A stretch of 63,126 nucleotides of DNA, the filler included, from Hausera hauseri (lineage: Eukaryota), in assembly GCA_046269625.1 (NCBI GenBank). It is 9 parts of 9 records of this genome, joined end to end, with 100 filler letters (N's around TTAATTAATTAA, not from the genome) between each part and the next. Parts side by side here need not be neighbours in the genome. Positions count along the whole stretch, not along the records: positions 38,234 to 42,915 come from JBJURY010477020.1; positions 43,016 to 59,029 come from JBJURY010333270.1; 7 more parts are not named here. One strand, written 5' to 3'. Below are positions 38,832 through 52,935 of this stretch, one piece after another. The notes below the pieces were generated by a model. The model was not told the DNA's origin. It did not search any database and saw only the letters and a list, made by a program, of their open reading frames with translations. Every line of letters begins with the position of its first letter. Positions within the stretch are counted from its first letter, which is position 1. Both the position numbers and the translations under genes were made by a program.

Positions 38832-39743
38832 TGTTGTAAAAGCATTCGAAATTGTAAATATTGATAGAAATAGTATAGTGTAAATAATTATTATTATATG
38901 ACATTTTCCCATTATTGTACAAACTTAGGAATTTGTACAAATATAGAGAAGGAATTTAGTAATAATTTGTTATTTTTAGAATTTTTGGAAAAGGCGTTGA
39001 ATTTGTTATGAAAGAAGGATTCATGATAAATGTTATTTAAAAACTAATTGTTTGTTGAAATTAAAATGATTTCGTTGTAAATAGCTCATGATTAATTAGA
39101 TTTGTCTAATCGAAGAAATGTAAATATGAATTGTGGTATAGCTTGGAAAATAACATCTGGTTGATTAATGAATTAAAATTGAAAAACAATATTGTACAAA
39201 TGAATGAAAACGTTAATAATCCAGAGAAACACCTGCGTTGGAAAATTGGTAACTGTATATAAGGACAGTGTTAAAATAGCAGGGATCATTACTTCTTCGA
39301 CTGTAGCGTCGATTAGCCAAGAATTTACTTCGACTTTAGAGTTGATTAATGTTAAAAGGCAGAATTCAGAAATTCGGTATCAGTCATATACGAATCAGCG
39401 TTATAGACATTTATTGAAAACGTTGTGATCCTTCTTGTGGTGGTCATTATATTGGTATATTTATTGTTTTCTTTTAAAATCCCTTTATAATTTCCATCGG
39501 CCCTTAAGACTGATTTGAGTATCATTAAGTGCTAAAATTTACTGTAAATTATATAAGTGAGGAGGATCATTTAAATTGTACACAGGATGTGCATACATTA
39601 CATTTGCATAAACGTAATATTGACATAGCAGGCACACTCGTTTAACGATAACGTTAAACCGAGTCTGCATATAAATAATTAAATTCTAGTGTAAATCACG
39701 TTATATAAGGGGAGAGAGTTAAGGGCCACCCTAATATATAACA
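38832..39743 (+). repeat. 3' or solo LTR related to the family B LTR
   Basis: Preceded by purine tract AGGGAGGATAAA; TGTTG..TAACA ends; TATATAAG at ~39256. Region 39490-39743 is collinear with the reverse complement of 18765-19000. No PBS follows. Confidence 0.7.
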
Positions 39744-40299
39744 TATCTATATGTCGTTCTCTCCAGGGAATTCCAATATTTCTTTATATTGCTATTTGTC
39801 GTTTTATAATGGAACCATTTGCGTCTGTCAAAAGTCTAGTTTCGAGCAGTTCTCTTGGTCTTAATTACACCAGAGATCTGAGTGATCACCTTTTATTCAG
39901 TTTATTTACAATTGCCCAGCCATGAAACCCCATTACAACACTTCGATCCAATATATTTCAATTTATTCAATTTGCTTCTTACATTTTCTCTTTGTACCTG
40001 AACTATGCAAAGAAATGCATTCACTTATACAAATATTGGAGGATCACAGGCATCAAGTTAACATCAACAATACAGCTTCTTTTGGAAACATGGCCATTCG
40101 TTCTCAAGCTCTGACAAAATTGTTAAAAACAAACTCTGAACAGCCTTTTATCTCAAAGCTGTGGCGATGCCGCGTACATGGAAAAGGCGGGAAATTTCTT
40201 GGTAAAGAAAGGAAAACAAAAAAAACACAAAGTCAAATTCAAAGCAATTTTACGACAGGATATTTTTCTACATTTACGGCGCATTCGATAAACTGTATA

Positions 40300-41570
40300 G
40301 CTGAGGGACCGAGCATGCCCGCCCCGTTGCACTGCATCTCCTTTCTCTTCTTATTTTTTCCAATAATAAACATGTGTACACATTGAGGGTTGCATACAAA
40401 CATACGTCACACATCCTTTATTCTGCATTGTCTTCCTTTTTCGACCCGTCCGATTTTTATTCCATCCACAATAGCCTAACTTGTTACCTTCCGACTCTCT
40501 GTCATCTTTTGCATCCGGGAAGCATTCAATGATTCTTACTATCCATTTTCTTATCCGTGGTGGATCAGACCCTGACCTTCTGCCAAAAACTTAACCAAAA
40601 CCAAATCTAGTCGTCGTCTTGCCGACTCCACACCAAATACATCCCCAAATCTCTCTTGCACGCATTTTTTTCTCGACAAGACTAATTCGAGTCGTACATG
40701 GTTACAATTTCACTTGCAATGGCTTAAAGCCAATCATATCACAGACTCCTTTTTGAGGGCGAACAGCTTGCTGCTACTACTTCCAGCAAATATTAAGCAG
40801 CAAATTAATAATCTGGCCGACATACTAACCTCTGTAAATCCACAAGGGTCAGTTCTGCATATCACTGACCCTTTCATTGACAGCATAATTCAGAAATACT
40901 TTAATGGACATGCCATCGGAAATCAAATACCGTCGGATTTCCTTAAAACTGCAATCTTGCAACTGAGCTCCTTAGGCGCCACTCCTATAAACAATGTTGA
41001 TCTTCTTCGTCGGTATTTTCTTTCACCATGCCAACCTCCATCAGAGCACTGCTAACGGTAGTAGACAACTCAACGGCCCTTGAAAAGCTCACCTTATTGG
41101 CAGACAAAAGTTTTAACATTTTGCAATCTAATAGTTCACAGACAGTAGCCATAGCAACCGCTCATACACCGTCACACGCAGATAACACTCTATTTTTACA
41201 ACAACTGCATATGATGCAGAAGCAATTCGACACACTCCAACAGGCAATTTCTGCAATCACAGCCAAACTCAGTGACTTTCCTGTGCCTCGAGGAAGCGAA
41301 AACCGTGTTTCGCGCAATCGTAGCTTTTCCAGGCACTCTTTTCGGTCCAAATCTAGAGATGGTAGAATAATTTGTTTCTATCACAACAAATTCGGTAAAA
41401 AAGTAATAAAATGTGTTTTAGGCTGTCGATTTTACGATGAACGCTATGCAGTAGACAACCCAATATGCATCTATCACACAAAGTATCAATCCAAGGCTAT
41501 GTCGTGTGTGCCAGGATGCAAAAAGTATAAAAAGAATTCTAGTTTTTCTCCATCGTTGTCTCCTCGTACT
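40300..41570 (+). mobile_element. gag: Family A Gypsy copy 3: leader plus gag only, 3'-truncated
   Basis: LRANSLLLLLPANIKQQINNL nearly identical to 28615-28890; double knuckle CFYHNKFG..CIYHTKY. Confidence 0.9.
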
Positions 41571-42419
41571 CATTGTAAGGAGGAATTTAAACAAATATTA
41601 ATATTTAAATTCAATTCAAAGTTAAATCAATGAACAGCCAATACAAAGTCAGGATATTCAAAAAAGGATGAAAAGAAGAATCATTTAATGAGTGAAGGAG
41701 ATAATTGTTATACAAAACTTTTATAATAAATTTCTTACGCAGAATTCAATCTTACAATCATCGAGTGACGTTGAGGTCGGAATGGTAGAAACGCGATCTA
41801 CTAACAAATACACCATCAAAATTTGGTTGGTTCTTGCAATTGAAAATTTTGACTTTCCGTTTATAAAACTCAAAAGTGTACATAACGTATTATAGACAGA
41901 TTGACTACCATGATGTTGTCAAATATATCGAGTTAATTCATAGTTGGGCAGTCAATGCGTTATATGATTAGAATACTAAATGGAATTATTCAAAATTCAC
42001 CTGAAGTAACACTCGTTTAAGACGTACAGTTTATTGCTAGTATGGTATACATGAAAAGAATTTTGCTAAGATTAATAAACATCTGACAGGAGAATATCAC
42101 TTGATGTAACTGAAGTCTAATGATAAAATTATGATAAATCGAAAGCGAAGTCAAATGGTGCAATTTATGGATTCACCATTTGACAAACACGTACTTAGCA
42201 GAATAAATTCGAAATTATTTTGTTTAAATATACGTAATTAATCAAAAGTTTAAAAATGCCATCTACCACGATGCATAAAAACTCACCGAGCAATATAACG
42301 ATTCTCGGTTTTGATTTGATATGGTTGGCGAGTTATTCCACTACGCTGTCTCACGAAGGTATTTTAACAGGTGCCATGCGTGGTCCTTTTCTTTAAATAC
42401 AAGGAATGTTATATAGATA

Positions 42420-42790
42420 AATATCTGACATTATTAAATTGATTGCATGAAAACATTATGTTCACGGTAGAACTTGAAAACAATAACATTCTACCGTTTT
42501 TAGATATTGCAATCCAACGTGTTGAAGGAAAATATGAAACATCAACATATTATAAACCGACTGACACAGCACTTTATACTACATCAAAGAGTTTCAGTGA
42601 AAACCGGTATAAAAAGGATTATTGTCCTGTTTGTTTAATCGAGCATGGCGTCTAGCTTCGAATTTTCATAACGCTACAAAGGACATAAATGCCCTAATAC
42701 ATGGATTAAAGGTAAATGGGTATCATGATGATTTTATTATGAAAATTCTGAACAAAACCATCAAGTTCCACCGAGAAAACGAGTGTAAAG
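42420..42790 (+). mobile_element. Penelope-like element, RT C-terminal fragment
   Basis: HENIMFTVELENNNILPFLDI..YYKPT..RAWRLAS..L..NGY. Confidence 0.85.
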
Positions 42791-44265
42791 GAGATACAGA
42801 AAATATTAAAAATGAAAATTCTCCCGAAATAAGTCCACCGAAGAATTTAATTAATGGAAGAATTAGGTCCACTTATACACTCTCATATTCTTAAAAACAA
42901 AATTAAGAACTTGATNNNNNNNNNNNNNNNNNNNNNNNNNNNNNNNNNNNNNNNNNNNNTTAATTAATTAANNNNNNNNNNNNNNNNNNNNNNNNNNNNN
43001 NNNNNNNNNNNNNNNAACACGTAGTATTTGGTATTATTGACTGCTTTTGGCGGGCACTGTACAGTCATGGGATTTGGAAAATTTTGTCTATTTATATACA
43101 TTTTAATTTCTCATTAAACATTATTGTATATTATTTTTAATTTATTGTATATTGTATGTTACATTTTATTGCATGAATTTTAATTTATTTTATATCGAAA
43201 TTGCATTTGTTTGGAATTCTAATTATTATTGAGAAAGACAATTTCAATAAGTGCATAATAAAAATTATTGGACAAAAATAATTTGATAAACTATTCAGTT
43301 ATCCACATATATTTTACCTTTGCATCTAGTTCACGAAATATGTCGAGACCCGACTGTTTAGTTGGGTAATCCGGAGTATATGAGAAATAATATAAATGAA
43401 ACATTATGTACATAATTTGGAAAGAATATTGAGTCCTTTTTATGTTGTTATAAATATTGAGTGTGTGTGGTATATGTCTGTATGCGTGTATACATATTTT
43501 ATAAAATGTAAAAAATGCTTTTCTTAATTCTAATGCCTTTAGTGGCTCATTTTTATTCTTCCGATTTACAGTTGGATTTTTCAGATAGCCACCATGTAGC
43601 TCGGTATATCACCCATGATTCACGGCTTGTGGTAAGTGGGTTTTTAGGTAGATTAGTCATTCGGTTGTCATGGGGGATTTGAAAGGTCATAGACTGTGTG
43701 GATATTTGAGTTTTTTGGCTGTTGGGAGATTTTGCTGTGACAATAAGGGCTATGTGGGAATTTCGGGTTTACTAAATTGCCAAGTTTTTGTCAGTTTTGG
43801 AATTTTCAAATTTGCGATGACTAATTAGTCATCGATGTATTTAAATAATTTTCTGTAAGTATTTTTAGTCAACCTAAAAATCCAGTAAAATGTTACACAG
43901 CAATTCAGAGCATTCAGTGTCTGTAACTTGCGGAGCCCGTCCAGTGACATGGAATAAGAAAAAAATATCACGTGGCCCCGAGACAGTAACGCATGCACAT
44001 GCGATAAGTATGTTGTTGTCATTTACGTTCAGCCTATTTGTTGTTTACATGGACAAGTCTGACTTAAACTAATTTATTATGTTGGGTATGAAGTAGCTAT
44101 TTCTTAGCTTTACGTGTTGCAGCCAGGGGTGAAAGTAGTTTTGAGTTCTTGCCAGTGCTATAGCATAAAATGACATTAACTGTCCACCCCTGAAGAAGGT
44201 AGTGTTCTGATGGCCGGTCGTTTACAACAGCGGCTCGTGAGACAGGTGGGGCGGACAGAGGATGG

Positions 44266-45986
44266 CAGGGTATCTGCAGGTTTTAGCAAGTCAAATTTAA
44301 GACTTTTTAAGACCTTTTTAAGACCACCTTGAATGAAATTTAAGACCGAAAATACAGGTGATGTGTCGCTCAATAAAAACATGTTGAATATAAAGATATT
44401 CAGTGCTCTCTGGTTAAATTAGCTGTATTTTAAAAGTGCAGAGTTTGGTTGGAAACAGCTAGTATAAAACGCATCTAGTACATATATTCATGGTATTAAA
44501 CTTGTGTTTTAACCACCAGTTTTGCCTTTATACAAAAATAAATCATCCAGCCAACTGTCAATAAACATGCATTTTAACCTGCAGCATCACTATCTAACAA
44601 ATGTCTGAAGGAAGAGGTTTTAACAACTTTTCTGTAATTTATTTTTATGTAATATCAGTGTTTTGAATTGAGGGACTCAGATAAATTTGAAAAAGTATAG
44701 CACATAAAGTCCTTTATATAGATAAGTTCTTTTTTATTTTTTTAATTTATTTATTGTGTTTGACAGATTCCTCCCCTAAAAATTCAAAGGATATATTTAC
44801 AGGATTATAGCTCATGTAATCATACTGATTGATGATTTGGGATCCTTCTAGAAGGCAACCTGTAACCTGTTATGGTCAAAGGTTTTCTGTTACTAGTGAC
44901 CAATGTGTGCTCAACTCCTGTAGGAGGTGGATACACTGGATAGTCATGCTATTTATTTTTCATATTTGATCATTTATGAATCACAGTTTATCACAGTTCA
45001 TCAGTATAGTTGTAAAGATAATAAAAGTTTATCACATCCAAACAGACAAAATCCCTCATTATTGTTAAAACATTTTGTAGAATTAGCTTGTTCTTCATGA
45101 ATTAGATGGAAAATTAATTAATGTCTCTGTTGTGATCTGGAGTCTACAAATATTTATTTTTTAGCGTTAATATTGTTTAATAACTGAAGCAGCAGCTACA
45201 ACTCATCTCTCACCATGAGAGAAACAGGATGAGCGCGCTCCCGCTGTGACCCGGTTTCTTTGTCGGATCCGAAGTTTGGTCACGCGCGTAAGTTGCACAT
45301 GTTGTTTATGTATCAAAGTAACGTGAAATGTTCACGTGTATTTGGCCCGGTGCGCTTTCTATAGTGAAATAACCACAACGCTCCGTACACACACACATTT
45401 AACACGAAGTTAGACTTTAGGTACAAAAGACCGGGCAGGTCTCGGTTCTGGAAGATGGTTGTAGTAACAGTGATTCAGCTCAGGTGTCTCCTCGGCTGCA
45501 GCAAACTTTTCACACGCGAACACATACGTTTAATACTTAGACGTTTAATGATTTATTACATAACTTTACCTTCATGCAAGGCGGGAGGTTCTGGTAGCGG
45601 GTCGAGGTGTCTTTGGAAAAAAGTTTGATCAACTCCGATTAGTTTACCTGCAGTTCTGATTCGGCTCTGAGACTAAAGGACCCGCACTGCTCTGCTCTGA
45701 TTGGCTAAAACTGTGAATCTGGTTCTTTTCATTGGTTGAAAGCAGCGTCAGTTAATCCATCACAACACAATTTTTTTTCTTTTTTCAGCAGGAAATGCGC
45801 TGCAGAGAGACGGCTGGGGGAGACGAAGAACTTAATCGCTTCTGCCCGACAAAATTTAAGACCTGAGTAACAAATTTAAGACCAACTTGCACACTTTTTA
45901 ACAAATTTAAGACTTTATAAGGCCTTAATTTTAGATATGTGAATTTAAGACTTTTTAAGACTTTTTAAGGACCCGCGGACACCCTG
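44266..45986. mobile_element. Non-autonomous hAT-like DNA transposon
   Basis: TIRs CAGGGTATCTGCAGG / CCCGCGGACACCCTG with multiple TTTAAGAC subterminal repeats at both ends; no TSD seen. Confidence 0.7.
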
Positions 45987-46130
45987 TAGCTTTTGTGTTA
46001 GCCCCGATGCTATCATATATGTATTAGCTTTAGTGTTAGCCCCGATCCTATCACCATATATATGTATTAGCTTTAGTGTTAGCCCCGATGCTATCACCAT
46101 ATATATGTATTAGCTTTAGTGTATTAGCTC
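45987..46130. repeat. ~43-bp minisatellite, about three copies
   Basis: TAGCTTTAGTGTTAGCCCCGATGCTATCACCATATATATGTAT repeated. Confidence 0.9.
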
Positions 46131-49100
46131 AGCGCTACACATTCTCCTCTCATCACTGAGGTCCTCCATCCACATGGTTATTTCATGTTCAATCTTCTAT
46201 GTTCTTTGTTATTAGCAGATATAACAAAGTAATGGCATAAAAAGTACCACCTTGGCATGTAAAGAGTTTGCATTTCTGCATTAATAAACAAGGAGTACTT
46301 AAGATAGCCAAAATCAGTGCCTGGAGACTGCTTTTGATGATGTAATGGGTAGAAACTATCAGCTTGAGTCTGCGGACCCAAGGTGGAAGAGGCTGACGGA
46401 GTTGTGAACTGAATGGAGCTTATTACAAGTCTATCAACTTATGTCTTGCAGTTATTACTCTGTCTTCCAACACTGTATTTTGTTTTCTTACAGTACTATT
46501 TAAATTTTAAGTGTCAACTCTGTTCTGCTTAGGTTAAGCTCCAAAAATGTCTATTATGTTGTTGACATTTCTTGTATTTGTTGTAATCATGTGTGCTACT
46601 ACATATTATTTCTGATGTATTGGTCTATATTCATCAAACAATAAAGAATAAAGGCGGTGGAACAAAATGATCAATTTTGTCAATACAAATATGATTTTAC
46701 TGTCTATGCCTTTGATGTGAAAATCAGTGAACAAAGAAAAGTCATTTACAAAATTTTAGTGTGATCTCAATAGTTTTTAGATGTCTTTGTTTGATCAGTG
46801 CCGTATAGTCATACGAAATAGCCATTCAGAACAAAGGGTGTCTGCAATCGCAAAGTGTGAGTTTCTTTTCTGTCGGCAGAGTTTGCGTAAGAACCTATTT
46901 AATGTATAGACAGAAAATAATCAATGTTGAGAACAATTTATTTTAAATGTAAAAACAGTTTATTGACTCCAGTATGAAATATGAAAAAGTTACTAATATT
47001 CGAAGAATGCAAAATATCGATGTCAAATTAGGTCCAGAAATCATCTTAATTTCTGTATTTTTAAAAACTGATTTTTACACAAATTGATTATATATGTTAT
47101 CAAGCATGACTGTTGTCAAAACGTATGGTGTTCACCTGTGTGCACCTCCCTGTCTCAAGTAATTGCATTAAATTAGAACAGAATTTGAAATCTGATTAAT
47201 CGCACTTTCCTGCTGCCTTTCTTACACCTTTGCAGACTTGTCTTTCCATCCAGTCACGGCATGAACAAACACCCTGTAAACTTCAATCAAACCAATCAAT
47301 GTTTACTGCCATGGTGCGCAAATGTGGTCATTGTGAGCCAATATCCTGTGTTAAATTTGTTTTGATGCCCTGGCACACCTGGTTGAAAGCAATTATTTTC
47401 TAGCTTTTGCAGAACACATTTGAGGAAATAACTATGTTGTCATGAAATTACTTGAAAAAAGTCTCCTCTAAGAATACTTTTGCTGAAAGCTAAAAAAGTA
47501 TCGCATTTTTTGTAATAAATTTTAAAAAGTAAATTGATCACATAAAATTTACATGAGTATTAAAAGTTGAAGTATTGAACTATTTTTCTATATTACAACT
47601 CTGCTCACGTTTGGGTAGTCTGACGCCGCTGTCATTGAAACTGAACCCTAACCGTGTTGATGTTGACAATATTTTTTAATTTTGTGGGGCCCACCGCAGG
47701 CAAACCAAATACAGTCAGTGGAACATCATGTGAGTTTCTGCTAACCCTGAGATTGACATATTAATAAATCAACCATATAGCTCAAGTATATAAAATGGTT
47801 ATCCACAAACTGTCTCATCTAACCGTCCAACCAAAACCCCAACAGCATCATGCTGGAATACTAGGGTTAGGGATACAACGTTACAGCCAGTCCATTTCAT
47901 CTTTTATCCGTGCTCTATATCCCACCAAATGCGATGACAGGAAACTTTGACCCTGCAGCAACAGCGAATGAGAAGTTGTGAACTTAACTATGTTGGACCC
48001 CCCAAAAACCCTATTTCTGAACATATTTTGTGTTTTTACACATTTGAACATGCACATACATGCACATAATTCTCATAGTCACACCTGCATGAGCCCAGAC
48101 AGGGCTGATTCGAATTTGGTTTCTCTAGGCCTTAGGTGTCTCAAGTTCAGGGTGTTTTTATTAGTCGCTTATTTTTGTCCTTGTCTTTGCAAGTTCTTTT
48201 GGGGGTCTTAACATGCATGTAGAGCATTCATAATCATAACATTTAATTATCAGCACCCCATGTAGCTGTTTCTATAGTTTGGGGCATGTACATGCTTACT
48301 GTCAGCAGTGGCGGCTGCATGACAGTATCCACGGTAATCAATAGAAGAAAAAGCAACATGGAGTCCACCAAAGGCCATTTCACCAACTCTTGCTCTTCAG
48401 GCAGCCAAATGGGCATGTAGAAGCTACCAAACTGTTAACAAGAATCTGCACAAGTCCCACTTTGAAAAAGACAAGGTGTGACATATTCATTTCCAGGAAA
48501 GTTGGCAACATTAGTGTGAACAATAGCGTTCTTCCTGTTTTTGACATAGGCCTGCTGCTTTAGGAAAGCTCTAGGATGCACTTACTGGCAACACATGTGC
48601 ATTACATGTAATTATATTATTCTGCTTTAATTTATCTCTTGGTAAATGTTACTTGTAACTTTGTATGTGCTTGGAGAGCCGAGTTACGCATGCAAAAGTG
48701 ACATTTTGTCCGCAGTGGTTAAGATTAGACTGGAAAGGGATGAGGGGGTGGTGCATAAACTGTCTGACAGAGGGAGAAAACTGACCAACATGCTAAAATT
48801 TAAACCATTTCGGTGCATTGCTTTGATACTAGTGAGCTTAAAATGCTTGCTTTTGAAGCAGATGAGGAACTGTAGTACCCAGAACTACCCCCAGTTCCTG
48901 GATGTTTATTTTCACTCACAACGGCACAGTTCTGCTACAGCCAACCATCTGACACCTCAGGCTTACCTAAAGAAGTACAGAATGGATTTGTAGGAAACTT
49001 TCATGGAAATTTTATTTCTTACAGAGCTATTGCTGACAGAAATCAGGGAAAAATTGCATGATAGGTTTTAGTTAGAATTTGTTTTTACCAATTTAAAAAT

Positions 49101-50935
49101 ATGCCCCTGCTGACGTCAAATAAAGTCAACACGAAGACATGAAATTTTCAGCAAATGTTTATCAAACGAAAAACAGTAGAAATAATTGTGTAGACAGCAT
49201 CAGGTGTGCTAACAGTATTGGATGCTGTGTGTGGTGCATCTGTAATAACACTTTGTACACCTTGGATTCATCAATGCGTAACTGAAGCAGCTATCCAGCT
49301 CAGCCACATCTGTTTGCACATTGGCAAACATTGTCCATCATCAGGGTTATTTCAGTGAAAATACATAGGTGTACCACCACCTGCACTGGTTAGAGGGGGC
49401 ATCACATTATTGAGCTGGTCTTCCTGATGAGCTCATAACCACTTTTTACAAGCTGTGGAGATAAGCTGTTGCTCCAACTTACACTATAGAAGATGGCTGA
49501 TAGCACATCCGCGTCACAAAAAGTTCTTCCTGAGCCTCCCTTGTACTCGTAAAAACCTAAGCCACTTCATTAAATATCATCAGCAATGACCCTTCCTGTG
49601 AAGAGTGTCAGTGTTGTGAGTTCAGCCTGTTCAACTTCTCGTTCAGGTGAACAGTAGTCATAAGATGAGAAGATAAGCTTATTTCTCTATGTTGTGATTA
49701 AATCTTCACAAAATATATTTGAGCATAACCATCCATATCCAAACCCAAATAGTTATTAATCTAAATATATCATTTGTTGGAATTGTTTAACATTTTCCCG
49801 AATATTATATTTTCAAAGGTATATATGATATGTTATTTTTAACAGTGAGAGTAACATTCGCTATTTGTGAAAAAAATTAAATTAAAATTTTAAAAATGTG
49901 TGAATTTTTATTATTTGTTAAATTTGTGGTGACATTTCAAAACAAGTCCACATAAACCCTGAAACATTAGAACACGCACAATCAACACACATACACTTCT
50001 TACTCACTGGCTGAATTAACAGCCTAAACACGGGCTTAACAACTTTGCCGGTTCAGTGACTCAACATGAATCAGACAAAATATAGACATAATATACATAG
50101 ATTTTCTAACATTTTGTAGTAAGCTCCTTTTTTTGGCAAATGTAGAACACTTTAATGGGACAACTATGAAGCCAGTAAGTTTAGAAAAAGTGTAAATATT
50201 GTCTACTGCTTGTATAACAATGTAAATCAGCTGTCCCCTCAATCACAACAAACAGCAATAAATGTACAAACCTGTAGCAACAGAAGTGAGTGAATACCAA
50301 CTTTTGTGTTAAATTATATTTCACAGTCTGCACTCACTCCTTTCAAAAGAAAGACAGAAAATGCATTGTGGCAATAACAAGTTCAATATAAAACTACATT
50401 TTAAACATGAAAACCCTGAGAAATGCCACTTGGAACTATGTAGCATAAACGCATCCGACATCATAGTAAGTCTTGATCGCAGGATGAAGGAGTTTGAAGT
50501 CCTTGACTGGCGTAGTGTTCTGTAAATGTCCTTGCAGGTTCCCACGTGTCATCCCATACTTTCCCACTAAAAAAATGACAAACAATATTCTAATCAGGTT
50601 ATGGATTTATTGAAGGACAAGAAACTTGATCACAGTGTTGTAATTTAATATACACATGTATGCTTTATTACTGCTGTATTGCATACATGTAATTGGAGAG
50701 GTAACTTCTGAATCATATCCACAAAAGGTCCAACAACTTTGCACTCCATCAAACAGCACTTGTATGAATAGAAAACTAAGTTTTTTGTATTTATCTTTAA
50801 GATGCATAAGTGTTTTTAAAGAATTCTGTGGTTATCAGTTGCATGCTACGAATAGATTATCAATAATTTTATTTTCTGAGTAATTCTGGTACAATTATTA
50901 GAAATTTACAGTTCTAACACAATCTTAAGGCTATA

Positions 50936-51130
50936 GAACGGGCATCGACAATTACAGGCCTAGAGGGGCCACAGCCCTGCATGTTTTACTTGTTTCTCTA
51001 CTCCAACACCCCTGAATTGAATGAATGGATGATTATCAGGCTTCTGCTGAACTTAGTGGAGGTAATTATCTGACTGAATCAGGTGTGTTAGAGAAGGGAC
51101 TAAAGTAAAACATGCAGGGCTCCAGACCTG
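50936..51130. mobile_element. Teleost-type MITE (diverged)
   Basis: GCCCTGCATGTTTTACTT .. AAGTAAAACATGCAGGGC inverted arms. Confidence 0.7.
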
Positions 51131-51582
51131 ATGATGATGGGTGCTATAGATTCAGCAGCCAAAACTAATTAAAAATTCTGTCAGACATGAACATATGCTT
51201 GCTTCTTTGTCACTCACAACACTGATTTTAGATCATGTCTTGATTGTGCAGCTCTTATGTGACAATTACGGTCCAGCAGAAATAAATTAAAATACTGCAT
51301 GTAGTTTAATTTCTAAGATTACACATCGAAAGATTATTTTACATAACAATGTATGTTTTGCCGATCTTGTGAAAATGTCAACAAAGAAACAAAAAAGCCC
51401 CACTACTTTTGTACTTTAGTTACTACGCAGGCATAATATGAAACAGAAATTTAGCATTTTCTATACAAGCAAAACTAACAACTTACCACGCAGAGCACGG
51501 AAACCAATGTACTTTGACTTCTTCTTGTCCCTACACATTACACAAAAAAAAGTAAATATTAGATCTGAAAGCATTCATTCGT

Positions 51583-51765
51583 GCAGTGGTTTTCAATTCC
51601 GGTCCTCGTGACCCACTATCCTGCATGTTTTAGTTGTTTCCCTGCTTTGGCACACCTAATTTAAATGAACAAGAGATTGTCAGGCTTCTGCAGAACCTAA
51701 AGCATGGGAAGCATCTAAAACATGCAGGATAGTGGGTCCCGAGGACCGGAATTGAAAACCAATGC
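51583..51765. mobile_element. hAT-like MITE with ~50-bp near-perfect TIRs
   Basis: GCAGTGGTTTTCAATTCCGGTCCTCGTGACCCACTATCCTGCATGTTTTAG versus its complement ending at 51765. Confidence 0.9.
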
Positions 51766-52694
51766 ATTAGACAGCAAATCAATTGTGCCTTTACAATGAA
51801 CAAAGTAGTTTAGAAATATTAAGGACAACAAATGTTGACTCTATTCCCATTAGTGCTTCAACGTAACTATTTTCAAAACGCAGTAATTAGCGTACCACAT
51901 ACTACTAATAAAAGCTGCACGGTGGACAAAAAAACATTACAGTTTATAGCCATTTTGTAACATTAGAAAAGTGTTTACATGAGTTACAATGTGTATGTTT
52001 AAGGTTTTCTTTCATTTAAGACTTCATACACTATACTCAGTAAATTTCAATGTTACAGTAAACGAAAAATCATTCGAACAAAGTTGCCACATGAAACCAA
52101 TAGAAGGATATTTTCATTTGACTGAAGTCACACAGAATGCAGGACAGTTCATTGACTGGATCTTTGCATTTATTATCCTTTATTGTACTGAAGAGAGAAA
52201 ATTCGTTCTCTGCATTTTACCCATCGCACATGTGAACACACATGTGGAGCAGTGGGCTTTCAATTACAGAACCCGGGGAGCAGGTGAGAGGTTTAGGGGC
52301 ATTGAAGAATGGACCAAAGGGGTTGGTTTGGGGAGTTGAACCGTCAGTGACTCTTCTCTAACCTATACACCACCACTCCCAAAAAGTCCTGACAAAATCT
52401 GTAAGGCGAGAGAATGATAAGAATCTCTAAAAAGTTATAAAAACTAATGATGACTGGTGACATTAACGTATGTTTTTGAGGGCTTATCTATGTGAATCTC
52501 CTGTCACCGTACGTTAGATAATTTTACGCTAGCTTATTAAAAAAGGTGTCTAAAAATTTGATCAGATATACAGTTCTTTTCCTCTGAATGTTTTACGTAC
52601 CTGCAAAATTTTACATTGAAAATCAATTAAAAATATATACACAAAATTATACAATAATTTTATATTTTTGCCTACGCCAAGGTTAAATTTTGTG

Positions 52695-52935
52695 TTATTG
52701 AAAATGGTAATTTCAGCCGATGATGTCACCATCTTATAGCACAAATGAAAATTTTAACGGCACAAACCAGCACAAACGTAGCACTAGAAAAGTAGACCAC
52801 TTTTGTTTGTTTTGGAGCAGGATGGGGTGGTGGTGACGTCATCGGCTGAAATTATAATTTTCAATAACTCAGAAACAAAAGCAGCACAAACAAAACTTTT
52901 TATGGCACAAACCAGCACAAACGTAGCACTAACCA
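52695..52935. repeat. Local inverted plus direct duplication
   Basis: AATTTCAGCCGATGATGTCACC / GGTGACGTCATCGGCTGAAATT inverted; GGCACAAACCAGCACAAACGTAGCACTA twice direct. Confidence 0.8.

Noticed and set aside
39631-39690. Hairpin followed by CTAGT as a Helitron 3' end
   Set aside because: The region is collinear with the family B LTR and similarity continues to the TAACA end at 39743
45987-46130. 43-bp repeats as a CRISPR array
   Set aside because: Head-to-tail minisatellite without spacers or cas genes
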